Assembly: GCF_003018255.1 (NCBI RefSeq)
Contig: NZ_CP027440.1
DNA from: Escherichia coli
GTDB lineage: Bacteria; Pseudomonadota; Gammaproteobacteria; Enterobacterales; Enterobacteriaceae
Strand: one strand, 5' to 3'
Length of the DNA stretch: 64,000 nt
In this document: one piece after another, positions 8,631 through 18,286 of the stretch
Layout of the letters: the number at the start of each line of letters is the position of its first letter
Position numbering within the stretch: position 1 is the stretch's first letter
The notes under the pieces: generated by a model
What the model was told of the DNA's origin: nothing
What the model saw: only the letters and a program-made list of their open reading frames with translations
Database searches by the model: none
Position numbers and translations under genes: made by a program

Positions 8631-9064
8631 TCCCCCTTCATATCAGCATAAAAAATCATCGGATGTCTGCTTCCGTCCGGCAGGGTGATTTTCACGGAAA
8701 GCGAAAGGCGAGCATGCCCCACACGCATGGCATGGCATACCACGGATGTGGCAGCACCGCTTTTATGCAGCCACGCCAGCGCTTCATCAGCATAGGCCTG
8801 TGCACGGCTGACCACGGAGGACAGCGTCTTTTCACGGCTTAACAGCCAGAGACGGGAGCCAACGGGGCGCTCCCGGAAACTGTCTCCCCACCATCCCCGA
8901 CGGTCACGGGTGCCGTCAGGGATTTCATCGGAATCCAGCGCCCGCCTGTCCGTAAACAGTGAAATAATGACCGCAGTCAGCAGGCTGTTATCCGTCAGAA
9001 GATCTGCGCCGTTCAGTTGCAGGGAACCGCAACCCTGATCCCAGACGACAGCAATATCAGCCAT
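8627..9064 (-). CDS. Baseplate protein (Mu gp46-like)
   Basis: Likely start MADIAVVWDQ at 9064 (track ORF 8627-9277 is an upstream extension overlapping the previous gene). Confidence 0.6.
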   Translation of the reverse strand: MADIAVVWDQGCGSLQLNGADLLTDNSLLTAVIISLFTDRRALDSDEIPDGTRDRRGWWGDSFRERPVGSRLWLLSREKTLSSVVSRAQAYADEALAWLHKSGAATSVVCHAMRVGHARLSLSVKITLPDGSRHPMIFYADMKGE

Positions 9065-9671
9065 TCTCTGGTCCTCCCGTTTTGCTGCCTTCACCGTTAT
9101 CGTGATGCACATGACCTGAATAGGTGATCCCGGCAATAACCGCTTCGGACATCGTGAACGTCCCCTGTGATCTTCCGGTGCCGTCAATGGACACATTGCC
9201 TTTGACATGCAGGTTCTTATCCACTGTGACATTACCGGTAAAGTGAGCCTCCGGTGTATCCACCTGAACACCTTCATCGGCGTAAATCTCCAGCGTCTTA
9301 CAGGTCACAATGATCCGGCCGTTCTTTGTCAGACGTATACGGTGCCCCTCATGGTGATACACGCCGGTATCTCCGGCGGTAAGTCCGGTCGGGCGACTGC
9401 GGCGGTCTTCCACCACAAGCACCACGGCCTGATCCCGTTGTCCGCCAGCACAGGCCAGAAAAACTTCCGCACCAGGCAGGGGGACGCTGATTTGCCCGTA
9501 CTGCTGGGGGCGTTCAACGTCATCAAAGGTTTCACCATCCATACCGGTGATTTGCACATTCTGGATTTTTAGCGTGTCCGTTGTGCCGGTCAGTACACCA
9601 CGCCCGAACAGCAGACGAACACCCCGCATTACGGGGGCCAGAAGGCGGCTGATGACTTCGTCATTCATCAT
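9057..9671 (-). CDS. Baseplate spike/assembly protein (Mu gp45-like, gpV-like)
   Basis: 204 aa, position. Confidence 0.65.
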   Translation of the reverse strand: MMNDEVISRLLAPVMRGVRLLFGRGVLTGTTDTLKIQNVQITGMDGETFDDVERPQQYGQISVPLPGAEVFLACAGGQRDQAVVLVVEDRRSRPTGLTAGDTGVYHHEGHRIRLTKNGRIIVTCKTLEIYADEGVQVDTPEAHFTGNVTVDKNLHVKGNVSIDGTGRSQGTFTMSEAVIAGITYSGHVHHDNGEGSKTGGPENG

Positions 9672-10785
9672 TGAATTTAATCCCCTGTTTTTTCATCTGT
9701 GCCCGCACGAAGGCGTCCACGTCACCCGCATTTCCGCTTCCGCTGTTTCCCGGCTCTGCCGGAACAATAAAGCCGTCACGGGGTGCCAGAATCAGACGGG
9801 TGGTTTCGCCGTGATTTGCATCCAGCGAAAACTCCACCTGACAGACAAGAAGATCACGCTCTTCCACTCCGGTGCGGGGAGCCGTGACAGCCGTCAGCAG
9901 GTTGATATCCCACAACTGGCCGTTCTCCCGAAACCAGTGCCGCACGGTGGCTGTCAGGCGCACAGAGCGGGCAACCGCCCGGCGCATTTCTCGGACAGCC
10001 CTCTGGCGTGCACCGTCTGCATCAACAGCATGATCCGCCAGCACAATTTTCGGTCTGTAACGGTGGATGGCACTGTCTGTCACCGTACCAACGGGTGCGG
10101 CCAGCGTTCCGGCTGTCAGTGCATCCCCGGCATGACCACCACCACGCCCGTGCCCCCGTACACGGTATTCACTGTGGCGCAGACGGTGATCCACGTTGTG
10201 ATCCAAATCCAGCAGATTTTCGCCCAGCGTCAGCGTGTCGCCACGCTGACTGCCGGCCTGAGTGAAAACCAGTTCACCGGCGGCATTACTGGTTACCAGG
10301 ACGCCTCTGTGTCTCGCGGCCCGTGTCAGCGCATCTGCCACGGTTTCTGAGTTTTCCAGTGTGAAGGTGGAAAAGGGCCGGGCTGCCGTTGCATCATTTA
10401 CCTGCCAGCGCACCGTGACCCCGAACGGAGCACACAAATCTGAAGCAATGTGCTCCAGCGTGCGGTTCCTCCACTGGCTGCCCGGATGAATGGCTGAACA
10501 GTCCACCAGGTCACCGGTTTTATCCCGTCCGCTGAGCGTGATCTGAAAACGCGTGGCGCTGATGCGCTGCCGGACCTGATCCAGCCAGCCAGTGATCACA
10601 GGCTGACCGTCAATGCGCAATTCCAGAGACTGACCGGCACGGACGGATGACGGAAGGCGTACACCGGGCATCATTACCCCCAGTTCAAAGGAGCCCGCCA
10701 GATGTTCAAGAGAGCGACGAACACTCACCGTCAGCCAGCCGGAAAAAATCTCACCGCCCAGATACAGTTCAACCCTGCTGCTCAC
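9661..10785 (-). CDS. Baseplate hub protein (Mu P/gp44-like)
   Basis: 374 aa, position after N-like gene. Confidence 0.7.
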   Translation of the reverse strand: MSSRVELYLGGEIFSGWLTVSVRRSLEHLAGSFELGVMMPGVRLPSSVRAGQSLELRIDGQPVITGWLDQVRQRISATRFQITLSGRDKTGDLVDCSAIHPGSQWRNRTLEHIASDLCAPFGVTVRWQVNDATAARPFSTFTLENSETVADALTRAARHRGVLVTSNAAGELVFTQAGSQRGDTLTLGENLLDLDHNVDHRLRHSEYRVRGHGRGGGHAGDALTAGTLAAPVGTVTDSAIHRYRPKIVLADHAVDADGARQRAVREMRRAVARSVRLTATVRHWFRENGQLWDINLLTAVTAPRTGVEERDLLVCQVEFSLDANHGETTRLILAPRDGFIVPAEPGNSGSGNAGDVDAFVRAQMKKQGIKFNDE

Positions 10786-12139
10786 TAATCACCTCCACTG
10801 AATGGCCTCCGGGAATGAACAGCGGATCAACAATACCGTTACGGCGCACAAAACGTTGCCAGCCGGTACTGTTCCCGGTGGCACGGTACAGGGTCACCAG
10901 TGCAGGCTCGGTGGTACGTACAGTCACTACTGTTGCACCGGGTAGCTGAACTCCCCGTGTATTCAGATCCTCTGTCAGTGCCAGTCTGGCATCACGAAGC
11001 GTCAGCGCCGTGGCGGTATACCCCTGCCCGGACAGTGTCATCACCTGCCGTTCGAGCGCTTCGCTTAAGTCACGGTTAATGCGCTGAAGATCAACTGAAC
11101 TTTCCAGCCAGACAGGCCAGGTACGGTGGGCTGCGTCACTGTCCGGCAGGGTTTCCTGACTGAGAACCTGATCCAGCAGTTTTCCCACGGTCTGTGCCTG
11201 GGCCACCACGGCAGCACTCTGCATTACCGCCCGTATCAGACGAATATTCTTTTGTGCTGCCGGTGTCAGACCGATGAGAGTCTGCGGATTATCCTGCTCA
11301 TCCAGCACGTAACGCAGGGAAGATAATGTCCTGTACAGTTGCGGCATTCCCTGAGAGACGGCGGATGTCGTCCGGCCGATACTGCCACCGGGCCGGGTAT
11401 TCAGGCCTCCTGAAGACAGTGACGGCAGCGATGGCAGGGTGATCAGGGCACTGAAAAGCCCCGCAAAAGATGAGGCCATGCGGGAAGGTGCTGTCAGTAA
11501 TGCCGTGGCATTCCCTTTCAGCGCCGTGAACGTGGCAGTAAAGGCACTGATATCCTGTACAATCCCCATGCCGGAAACGGCATTTTCCAGGGCGGACACC
11601 TTATCGCTGATGGTTTCGGTCATTGCCTGGACATCGTGCATTCCGTCAGAAATCACCGTCCAGCCCGCTTCCAGGGTTTCAAAAACCTTCCCGAGCGCGG
11701 TGGTACTCTTCTGCTCCAGAATGGCGGCCGTGTCCTGTGTGACAGCAGGTGCGGTATCATCACTTACCGGCGTGACATTAATGGTGAACTCAACCACGCC
11801 CTGTTCAGCAGCGTTATAACGACTTTCAAAGCTGTTTATCAGCACATTTAACGTGCCGTAATCCGGGTGAAGCAGCTCCCCGGCACCGGGAGCACGAAGG
11901 GCATCACGCAGACGATTTCGCTGTGTCTGAACATCATCCCCCATCACAAGTACACTGAACGTAAATTCAGCCAGTTTAGGTCCCAGATCGTCTGCACCAC
12001 CGGTTTCCCGTAACGGATATTCCCGACGGACAATGTTTCGCCCGCCACGTTCGCGCTGCTCACGCCAGACGAGGAACGGCACACCACGGAACGCACCACG
12101 ACCGTCACCAGAGGCCATAATTCCCTCCGTTCCAGACAT
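10769..12139 (-). CDS. DNA circularisation protein N-like (Mu gp43)
   Basis: 456 aa between tape measure and baseplate hub. Confidence 0.7.
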   Translation of the reverse strand: MSGTEGIMASGDGRGAFRGVPFLVWREQRERGGRNIVRREYPLRETGGADDLGPKLAEFTFSVLVMGDDVQTQRNRLRDALRAPGAGELLHPDYGTLNVLINSFESRYNAAEQGVVEFTINVTPVSDDTAPAVTQDTAAILEQKSTTALGKVFETLEAGWTVISDGMHDVQAMTETISDKVSALENAVSGMGIVQDISAFTATFTALKGNATALLTAPSRMASSFAGLFSALITLPSLPSLSSGGLNTRPGGSIGRTTSAVSQGMPQLYRTLSSLRYVLDEQDNPQTLIGLTPAAQKNIRLIRAVMQSAAVVAQAQTVGKLLDQVLSQETLPDSDAAHRTWPVWLESSVDLQRINRDLSEALERQVMTLSGQGYTATALTLRDARLALTEDLNTRGVQLPGATVVTVRTTEPALVTLYRATGNSTGWQRFVRRNGIVDPLFIPGGHSVEVISEQQG

Positions 12140-14180
12140 TCACATCCAGTCCGTGACCGGACGTGTCATCAATATCAATACTGCGAGCCTGCCACCCTTC
12201 CGGGGCAACCAGCTCCACACGGGCAGAGGCTTTTTGTACCGCCTGTCCACTGCTTTCATCATCACTGCCCCGTAATTTCTGCCAGGCTTCAGTCAGCCAT
12301 CCCCCCAGATAGTTACCGAGATAGCTGCCCACCGTAGAACCAATGGCAATCCCCACAGGTCCGGCTGCCGCCCCCAGCGCACCACCGGCAATACTGCCTG
12401 CAAGAGAGCCGACCGCTTCTCCCTTGTCTGTGGCACTGGCGCTGCCATCCAGCAGAACCGGGGCTGCCATCGCGCCAGCCCACAGGGCACCTCCACCCAG
12501 CCGGCCGGCCAGTCCACCGGCACTGCGGAAAAAGCCGGAGAAACGCCCCAGCCCCATGCGGCTACCGACAGACGAAAGTAACCCACCGGCGCGCCCCATC
12601 ATGCGCCCCCAGAACCCTGCCCCACCAGAAGAGGGAGACGGTGGCACTGGGGACGGTGGCAGGGGAGGCGTGACCGGTCTTCCGCGCCCCGGTCCGCGTT
12701 TCCTGCGGCCCCGCCCCTGACGTCCGCCTGAGGATGTATCGGTCGCGCCGGTGCCGGACAGTCCTCCTGTGGGCCAGTTTGTTACAAGTACTGGCTGAAC
12801 GGCTGCCGGATTTACCCCGGTAAGAAAGTTTATAAAACGTTGCCCTCGTCCCTGAGATGTGCCTGGTGGTGTTCCGGCCGGAGGAGAGCGCCGGAAAGGT
12901 GAAGTCAGGAAGGCCGCCGCTGATAATCCGTATCCCAGCAATGCAGCACCCGGACGTATAATCCCCGTTCCGACAGCCCGCGCCATTTTCAGGGCACGGG
13001 TGGCGAGATACATGTACAGCAGGTATTTCGCGGCAGTCTGTGCCCCCTGACCAATGCGATCCAGCGCATCACCATAGCCCGCATCCCGCAGAGCCTGAAG
13101 CGTGTCGCGTACCTTTCTGATCGCCTGATAAAACCCTGTCACTGCATCACGGGCATACTCAAAGCCCTGGTTCATGGCTGATGCCGTGCTTTCCGCCAGG
13201 GAATGGTAACTGCCATCAGATTTGGCACTGTCAACCCATGAAAGAAATCCCCTGAGATTACCCTTCAGTTTTTCAAATGGCCCACTGTCCATCACATCCC
13301 GGGCAAACTGGTCCCAGACGTCACCCATCATGGCCGTCAGGCCACTCCAGGAATTCATTGCGTCCTTTTGTGCTCCCCTGGCCTGTTCCGCCAGCGTCTG
13401 AAATAACAGGCGAATACTGTCCGGCCCAAGCAGCCCTTTTTCACCAAGTTTTCTGACCACTTTCTGGTCCACACCCAGACGATCAGCCAGCACGCGGTAG
13501 GCATTAATGCCGTAGGTGGCAAGAATATTTGCATCCGCCGCCTGAATACTGCCTCTTGCATACATCTGTTTCAGTTGCAGGGATGCCCCCTGTGCATCGG
13601 ACAGTGACCAGCCGCCCACGGCCCCCTGATCCTGAAGCATGGTGACAAAATTTCGGGCCTCCCTGTCACTCATACCAAAGCCCAGACTGGACGTATATTC
13701 CTGCATGACGCCAGCCAGCCCCCAGGTGGTTTCCTTCGCATTCTGTATTGCCCACCTGCGGACATCATCCGTTTTCGCCCGATCCCCTTTGTAAAGGGAG
13801 TTCAGGCGAATCATATAGGTTTCCATCTCCGCTGCCGGGCGAATAAATCCCCGGTTAAAGCCATATACAGCAGCACCACCGGCCAGCATTCCGTAAAGAT
13901 TGCTGATCCGCCCGATGGTGCCGGTAATACTGCCCTGAAGACGGTCAAAATCAGAAGTGACATGGCGGATACTGCCCCGCACCCCGGCCAGCGTGCGCTG
14001 CATCCTGCTTCCGAGTACATCTGTTTCCTGCCCGGCACGGCGGGCAGCATTTCCCAGGCCACCCAGCCCCGCCTGGCCGGAGCGTGAGAATGCCCCCAGC
14101 TCCTGTGACCACTGGCGGGATTTGGCTGAGATATTGCCGAGCAAATCAACTATCAGAGATGCTCTGAGATTTCGGGCCAT
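12105..14180 (-). CDS. Tail tape measure protein
   Basis: 691 aa with long Gly/Ala/Pro-rich low-complexity region; lies downstream of tail tube and chaperone. Confidence 0.8.
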   Translation of the reverse strand: MARNLRASLIVDLLGNISAKSRQWSQELGAFSRSGQAGLGGLGNAARRAGQETDVLGSRMQRTLAGVRGSIRHVTSDFDRLQGSITGTIGRISNLYGMLAGGAAVYGFNRGFIRPAAEMETYMIRLNSLYKGDRAKTDDVRRWAIQNAKETTWGLAGVMQEYTSSLGFGMSDREARNFVTMLQDQGAVGGWSLSDAQGASLQLKQMYARGSIQAADANILATYGINAYRVLADRLGVDQKVVRKLGEKGLLGPDSIRLLFQTLAEQARGAQKDAMNSWSGLTAMMGDVWDQFARDVMDSGPFEKLKGNLRGFLSWVDSAKSDGSYHSLAESTASAMNQGFEYARDAVTGFYQAIRKVRDTLQALRDAGYGDALDRIGQGAQTAAKYLLYMYLATRALKMARAVGTGIIRPGAALLGYGLSAAAFLTSPFRRSPPAGTPPGTSQGRGQRFINFLTGVNPAAVQPVLVTNWPTGGLSGTGATDTSSGGRQGRGRRKRGPGRGRPVTPPLPPSPVPPSPSSGGAGFWGRMMGRAGGLLSSVGSRMGLGRFSGFFRSAGGLAGRLGGGALWAGAMAAPVLLDGSASATDKGEAVGSLAGSIAGGALGAAAGPVGIAIGSTVGSYLGNYLGGWLTEAWQKLRGSDDESSGQAVQKASARVELVAPEGWQARSIDIDDTSGHGLDVNVWNGGNYGLW

Positions 14181-14306
14181 ACTTACTGCTTCGTTCTGAT
14201 GATTTTTTCTGTCTGTCGGCAGTGCCGGTAAAGTTGCGACAGGGGGAGGTTAAGCGCCCATTCCGGACCGCTTTTTGTCACCATCCCCAGGATAATTGCC
14301 GCTTCT

Positions 14307-14801
14307 TCAATCTGATCCCGACACTGCGCCTGATCGCCCCCGGTCAGCTGCCAGCTTTCCGGCAAGCGCGGTATCCAGCAGGCTGACCGCTGCCATCAGG
14401 CGGGAGAGATCGCGCTCGCTTAACTGTCCAATCTGACGGGGTGACAACGGACCTTCAATGTCTCCCACTGCGGCAATCTGACGGCGCAGCAGTGCAACAC
14501 CGCGTAACGACGGAGACGCTATCAGCATCGGGCCATTGTTTGTCTCCACCACGCGCTCGGCTTCTGCTTCTGCGTCAATACTGTCTTTCGCTGTCAGTTC
14601 CCGGAACGTGACACGATATTCACGGGTCTCACCAAACGGCAGACCATCAAGCAGATCCACATATCCCTTTGCCAGTTGCTCTGTCAGCCCGGCAGTGCGT
14701 GGATCAGCCCCCTCAAGTGCTTCCCGGATTGCCTCCATCACGGCTGCCTCGGAAACTGCCGTTTTTTTCTTACGTGTGGTCATTTTATTTTTCCTGATCA
14801 C
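14307..14801 (-). CDS. Tail assembly chaperone (possible frameshift extension into 14183-14365 frame)
   Basis: 164-aa ORF between tail tube and tape measure; overlapping +1-frame ORF runs to the tape measure start. Confidence 0.6.
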   Translation of the reverse strand: MIRKNKMTTRKKKTAVSEAAVMEAIREALEGADPRTAGLTEQLAKGYVDLLDGLPFGETREYRVTFRELTAKDSIDAEAEAERVVETNNGPMLIASPSLRGVALLRRQIAAVGDIEGPLSPRQIGQLSERDLSRLMAAVSLLDTALAGKLAADRGRSGAVSGSD

Positions 14802-15163
14802 TGAACACGGGTACTGGTGGCGCTGGCGAACTTCACGGAGATCTCCCCGCCACCGTCAAGCGAGGCCGGTTCACTGCTCCAGGCCTTCGTCATCATGTGG
14901 ACTTCGCCGGTATCCGCCACAAACTCGATAGTGACCGCAGTCCAGTTGTTGATTTCATCAGCGGCTGGTGAGCCTTCTCCGCCTGCCGGAAATTTGCAGT
15001 CCAGCGTCGCTTCACGTGGTTTCTGGCGGTAACCATAGACTTTCGCGCCTTTCACCACTTCACGTTCAAAACCTGACGGAGAAAATGTAGCCCCCTCAAG
15101 CGTCTCGTATTCCTGACCGTTCACACGGATAGTGGCCGTGCCCTGATACTGTTTTCCGCTCAT
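14798..15163 (-). CDS. Tail tube protein (Mu M-like)
   Basis: 121 aa immediately downstream of sheath. Confidence 0.75.
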   Translation of the reverse strand: MSGKQYQGTATIRVNGQEYETLEGATFSPSGFEREVVKGAKVYGYRQKPREATLDCKFPAGGEGSPAADEINNWTAVTIEFVADTGEVHMMTKAWSSEPASLDGGGEISVKFASATSTRVQ

Positions 15164-15171
15164 GCCTTACC

Positions 15172-16674
15172 TCACAAAATGAAACGGATCTGTGCTGCCA
15201 GGAAGCGGAACTGGTTAACCAGATCCGGCGTGCATAACACGTCAAGACGGTTTCGATCTGACGCATTACGCTCCACAAGCAGATTCTTTTTAAAGGTGTC
15301 CAGATTTTCGACCAGCCCGAGTTCCACCCACTCTTCACCCAGCGAAATTAACTGAAGCTTCATGATCTCCGGCGTCACGATATTCTGACCGGCACGAACG
15401 GGCGTCCCGTCATCAGCCAGTTTATGGCGCGGAAAACGTTGTGTGATAAAAGTACGCAGGGAATAACGCAGCCAGGAGAGGGTGTAGATGGTTTCCACAT
15501 CCAGATAGCTGGGATCACTTTCGCCGTACACGTTCTGGCGATACATGGTCACCTGACGTTCGATCTGAACCACATCACCGGCAGCCACACTGACCGTGGC
15601 AATCCCTCCCCACAGCAGACTGTTACGCTCTTCACGCGTCAGACGATCGGCCGGAGCCGGGGCCATGCGTGACGGAAGCGCCAGCGTCTGAAGCGGACGC
15701 GCAGGATCTGCTCCCAGAGAGGGTGCACAGGTGGCACAGACCGCCGCTGCCCAGAGGTAATCCGGTTCAGGGGCTTTGGGAATGGATGTGCAGGTCGCCA
15801 GAAAATCATTGCGTTTTGCCCCGAATGCCTGCACCTCACCAAACGTGCCGGTATGTGCCAGCCACAGCACGCCGTCAGACATTTTGGCCGGTCCCCAGCG
15901 TTTCAGAAGCTCATCACTGATGATTTTCAGGTTTGCATCATCCTTATAGGGCATGACGACATAGTTGTACTGGCGATCGCCCATCCCCGCCACGCTTCGG
16001 GTGATATCCGGGTTAGCCGCTTTTTGTTTCGGATAGGCTATAGCGACCTGTATTCCTTCCGGGGTTGCTTCCCCGTCGTGATAGTTCAGGCGCACATCAT
16101 GAACGGAGCATTCACCGGTAAAGCGGGCGGTGATCCCCAGAGACCCTTTCAGACCTGCGCCATTATCACCACTTCCTGCACCAGAGGAGGCCGTGAAGGG
16201 CGCGTCAGGATCGGCATTGATCAGCGCGGCCAGCTCGTCGGTCAGTTCTTTGCCTTTCTTACCTTTTGGTGCCGGGAGTGTATAACGCCGCCCCCCCACG
16301 CAGGCATAAACAATCCCGTCACGGGTGACCGTTCCGGTCAGATTCATGGCCGCAGCCGTTGCCTGTCCGGTGCCGTTCCCCTGAGCAATGGCATACAGTT
16401 CAGCATCAGGATTGATGGCGATAAATTCCGCCACCATCAGGGCAATCATGGAACCGCGCCCCCAGAGTTCTGTTGCCTGAGACGCACGGGTGATCCTGAC
16501 CGGAACATCCAGAACACCGGCACCGTCCACGGCATTCTCTTTCATTCTCGCCTGACCAAACAGCAGCACACACTGACGCTGTGCCGGAGTGCCGGTGACA
16601 GCCATGGAGTTATTAAACTCAACCTCAATCAGCGGTATACGGCGGTCATTACCGATCCCGTCAAAATTAATCAT
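15172..16674 (-). CDS. Contractile tail sheath protein (Mu L-like)
   Basis: 500 aa, position. Confidence 0.85.
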   Translation of the reverse strand: MINFDGIGNDRRIPLIEVEFNNSMAVTGTPAQRQCVLLFGQARMKENAVDGAGVLDVPVRITRASQATELWGRGSMIALMVAEFIAINPDAELYAIAQGNGTGQATAAAMNLTGTVTRDGIVYACVGGRRYTLPAPKGKKGKELTDELAALINADPDAPFTASSGAGSGDNGAGLKGSLGITARFTGECSVHDVRLNYHDGEATPEGIQVAIAYPKQKAANPDITRSVAGMGDRQYNYVVMPYKDDANLKIISDELLKRWGPAKMSDGVLWLAHTGTFGEVQAFGAKRNDFLATCTSIPKAPEPDYLWAAAVCATCAPSLGADPARPLQTLALPSRMAPAPADRLTREERNSLLWGGIATVSVAAGDVVQIERQVTMYRQNVYGESDPSYLDVETIYTLSWLRYSLRTFITQRFPRHKLADDGTPVRAGQNIVTPEIMKLQLISLGEEWVELGLVENLDTFKKNLLVERNASDRNRLDVLCTPDLVNQFRFLAAQIRFIL

Positions 16675-16916
16675 TGCGGTTTCTCCTTATCGGATGCCGG
16701 TTGGGCGACCGGTTTTTCTGTCGCAGTCGTTGCATCCGCAGATACAGCCGGAGCCTCTTCAGCGGCTTTTTCAGCCTGAATGACATCGCCGTCATCAAGA
16801 CGCCGACACCAGAACGGCGTAAAGGGCTTTTCCTCCCCCTCCTGTGCCAGCGGGCGCATTGTGTCGGGATCACGAATCAGGCGTCCCGGCGCGGGTTTGA
16901 TAAAGATGGTTTTCAT
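16671..16916 (-). CDS. Hypothetical protein (Mu gp38-like)
   Basis: 81-aa ORF coupled to sheath gene. Confidence 0.5.
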   Translation of the reverse strand: MKTIFIKPAPGRLIRDPDTMRPLAQEGEEKPFTPFWCRRLDDGDVIQAEKAAEEAPAVSADATTATEKPVAQPASDKEKPQ

Positions 16917-17477
16917 TTACAGTTCCTCCGGCGGTTCGACCGCCGTTGTCGTGTTCCCCGGCAAATCAATATGTGCCTCAAACGGCGGCGTACCGGGCGG
17001 CTCCACAAAGGTTTCGTAATGACGCAGGAAGTCGTCCAGCGAGCTGGTATCGGTCAGCGGTGCGATCATTTCCTCGCAGGAGAAATAAAGCGCATACATC
17101 ACCGCACCACTGTCCGCCTGGGTTTCGGTGTAACCGTTGACCGCCTTTTCAAAGTAAAGCGGTGAGGTTTTTTCTGTTCTGAAGCCGTTAAGCACGGCAA
17201 TCAGCCGGGCCACAATCTGATACAGTCCGGGACGGCTGGCCTCACGCCCGTTGAGCATGTCGCCGATGACGTAGAACACCCAGTGACTGACCAGGCGACC
17301 ACGGGTACGGCCTTCACCGGCACCCAGCCAGGCAACGTAGATCGCCGGGGCGTTAATCAGCATGGTGCGCAGTACGCTGTCGCTCCAGTCGCCGGGATGC
17401 GTGTCAACAGACACCAGTTCATTCCCGAAATACTCACGGATACGGGCGATGTATGCCTGTTCGGTTTCCGTAATCAT
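16917..17477 (-). CDS. Head-tail joining / tail completion protein (Mu gp37-like)
   Basis: 186 aa, position. Confidence 0.55.
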   Translation of the reverse strand: MITETEQAYIARIREYFGNELVSVDTHPGDWSDSVLRTMLINAPAIYVAWLGAGEGRTRGRLVSHWVFYVIGDMLNGREASRPGLYQIVARLIAVLNGFRTEKTSPLYFEKAVNGYTETQADSGAVMYALYFSCEEMIAPLTDTSSLDDFLRHYETFVEPPGTPPFEAHIDLPGNTTTAVEPPEEL

Positions 17478-17893
17478 ATGAAGCCCTTCTGGTTGCGCCC
17501 GAATACCGCTGCATCAGACTGAACCTGTGGTAAATCCCCGGATTCAGGGGCCGCACCGTTCGTATCCACACCGACCGGCACATTGCCGTTCATGACATCT
17601 TTCAGCCAGGCCAGCGCTTCACGGTAACGGTCACGCGCCTGATCGGAGGCTCGCTGATCGCACAGGTAATAAAAGGCAATCGCGCAACAGTGCTGAACAA
17701 GAACGGCCGGAATAACCTCCAGCGGCAACGTGTAACGGGCGGACAGATAGCTGTCGATAAGGGCTGACGCATCTGTCAGCGCCCGGTTCAGCTTGCGCGT
17801 GTCCGGCTCATCCGAACGGGGCACAGCCAGTAACGGCCTGAGCAAATCCTCGCGGTAACGCGCCCGCATATCGGTTTCAGTGGCGTAATTCAT
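17474..17893 (-). CDS. Head-tail connector protein (Mu gp36-like)
   Basis: 139 aa, position. Confidence 0.55.
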   Translation of the reverse strand: MNYATETDMRARYREDLLRPLLAVPRSDEPDTRKLNRALTDASALIDSYLSARYTLPLEVIPAVLVQHCCAIAFYYLCDQRASDQARDRYREALAWLKDVMNGNVPVGVDTNGAAPESGDLPQVQSDAAVFGRNQKGFI

Positions 17894-18243
17894 GCGCGGG
17901 CCTTTTTCGCCTGTTTCGCTTTGTTACCGGTCTTTTTCCGGGGAGTATCCTGTCCGGCTTCGGCTAAATCTGTACCGGCCACTGCATGAACCACACCCGC
18001 CACGCTCCCCGCATCATCAGCAGGCGTCTGTAGTATTCGCACAGTGAGGCATGGCTCCGCCTCCAGTCGGGCAAGCTGCTCCGGGGAGACCTCAACCTGC
18101 TGACGTCCACGCGTGAACAGGAACCCCGCACGACGAAACGCCGAACGACTGCAACGCACTTCTGCCAGCACTGTGACAGAATTGTCACCACTGACCTGAA
18201 GACCTGAATCATCTGTTGCTGCCACAGTGTGATGTTCATTCAT
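17890..18243 (-). CDS. Head completion protein (Mu gp35-like)
   Basis: 117 aa, position. Confidence 0.5.
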   Translation of the reverse strand: MNEHHTVAATDDSGLQVSGDNSVTVLAEVRCSRSAFRRAGFLFTRGRQQVEVSPEQLARLEAEPCLTVRILQTPADDAGSVAGVVHAVAGTDLAEAGQDTPRKKTGNKAKQAKKARA

Positions 18244-18286
18244 ATTTGCCCTCCGCAGGGGCCGGGCCGTAAGCCCGGCTCACCGT

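Noticed and set aside
9547-10350. 267-aa plus-strand ORF
   Set aside because: Antisense to baseplate genes; Arg/Cys-rich composition typical of wrong-frame translation
12343-12720. Pro/Ala-rich 125-aa plus-strand ORF
   Set aside because: Mirror image of the Gly-rich low-complexity region of the tape measure gene on the opposite strand
14183-14365. 60-aa ORF between chaperone and tape measure as an independent gene
   Set aside because: Track start is a TTG inside the chaperone gene; better explained as a frameshift extension (see findings) than as a stand-alone gene
15853-16779. 308-aa plus-strand ORF
   Set aside because: Antisense shadow ORF entirely inside the tail sheath gene; high GC and no independent signals
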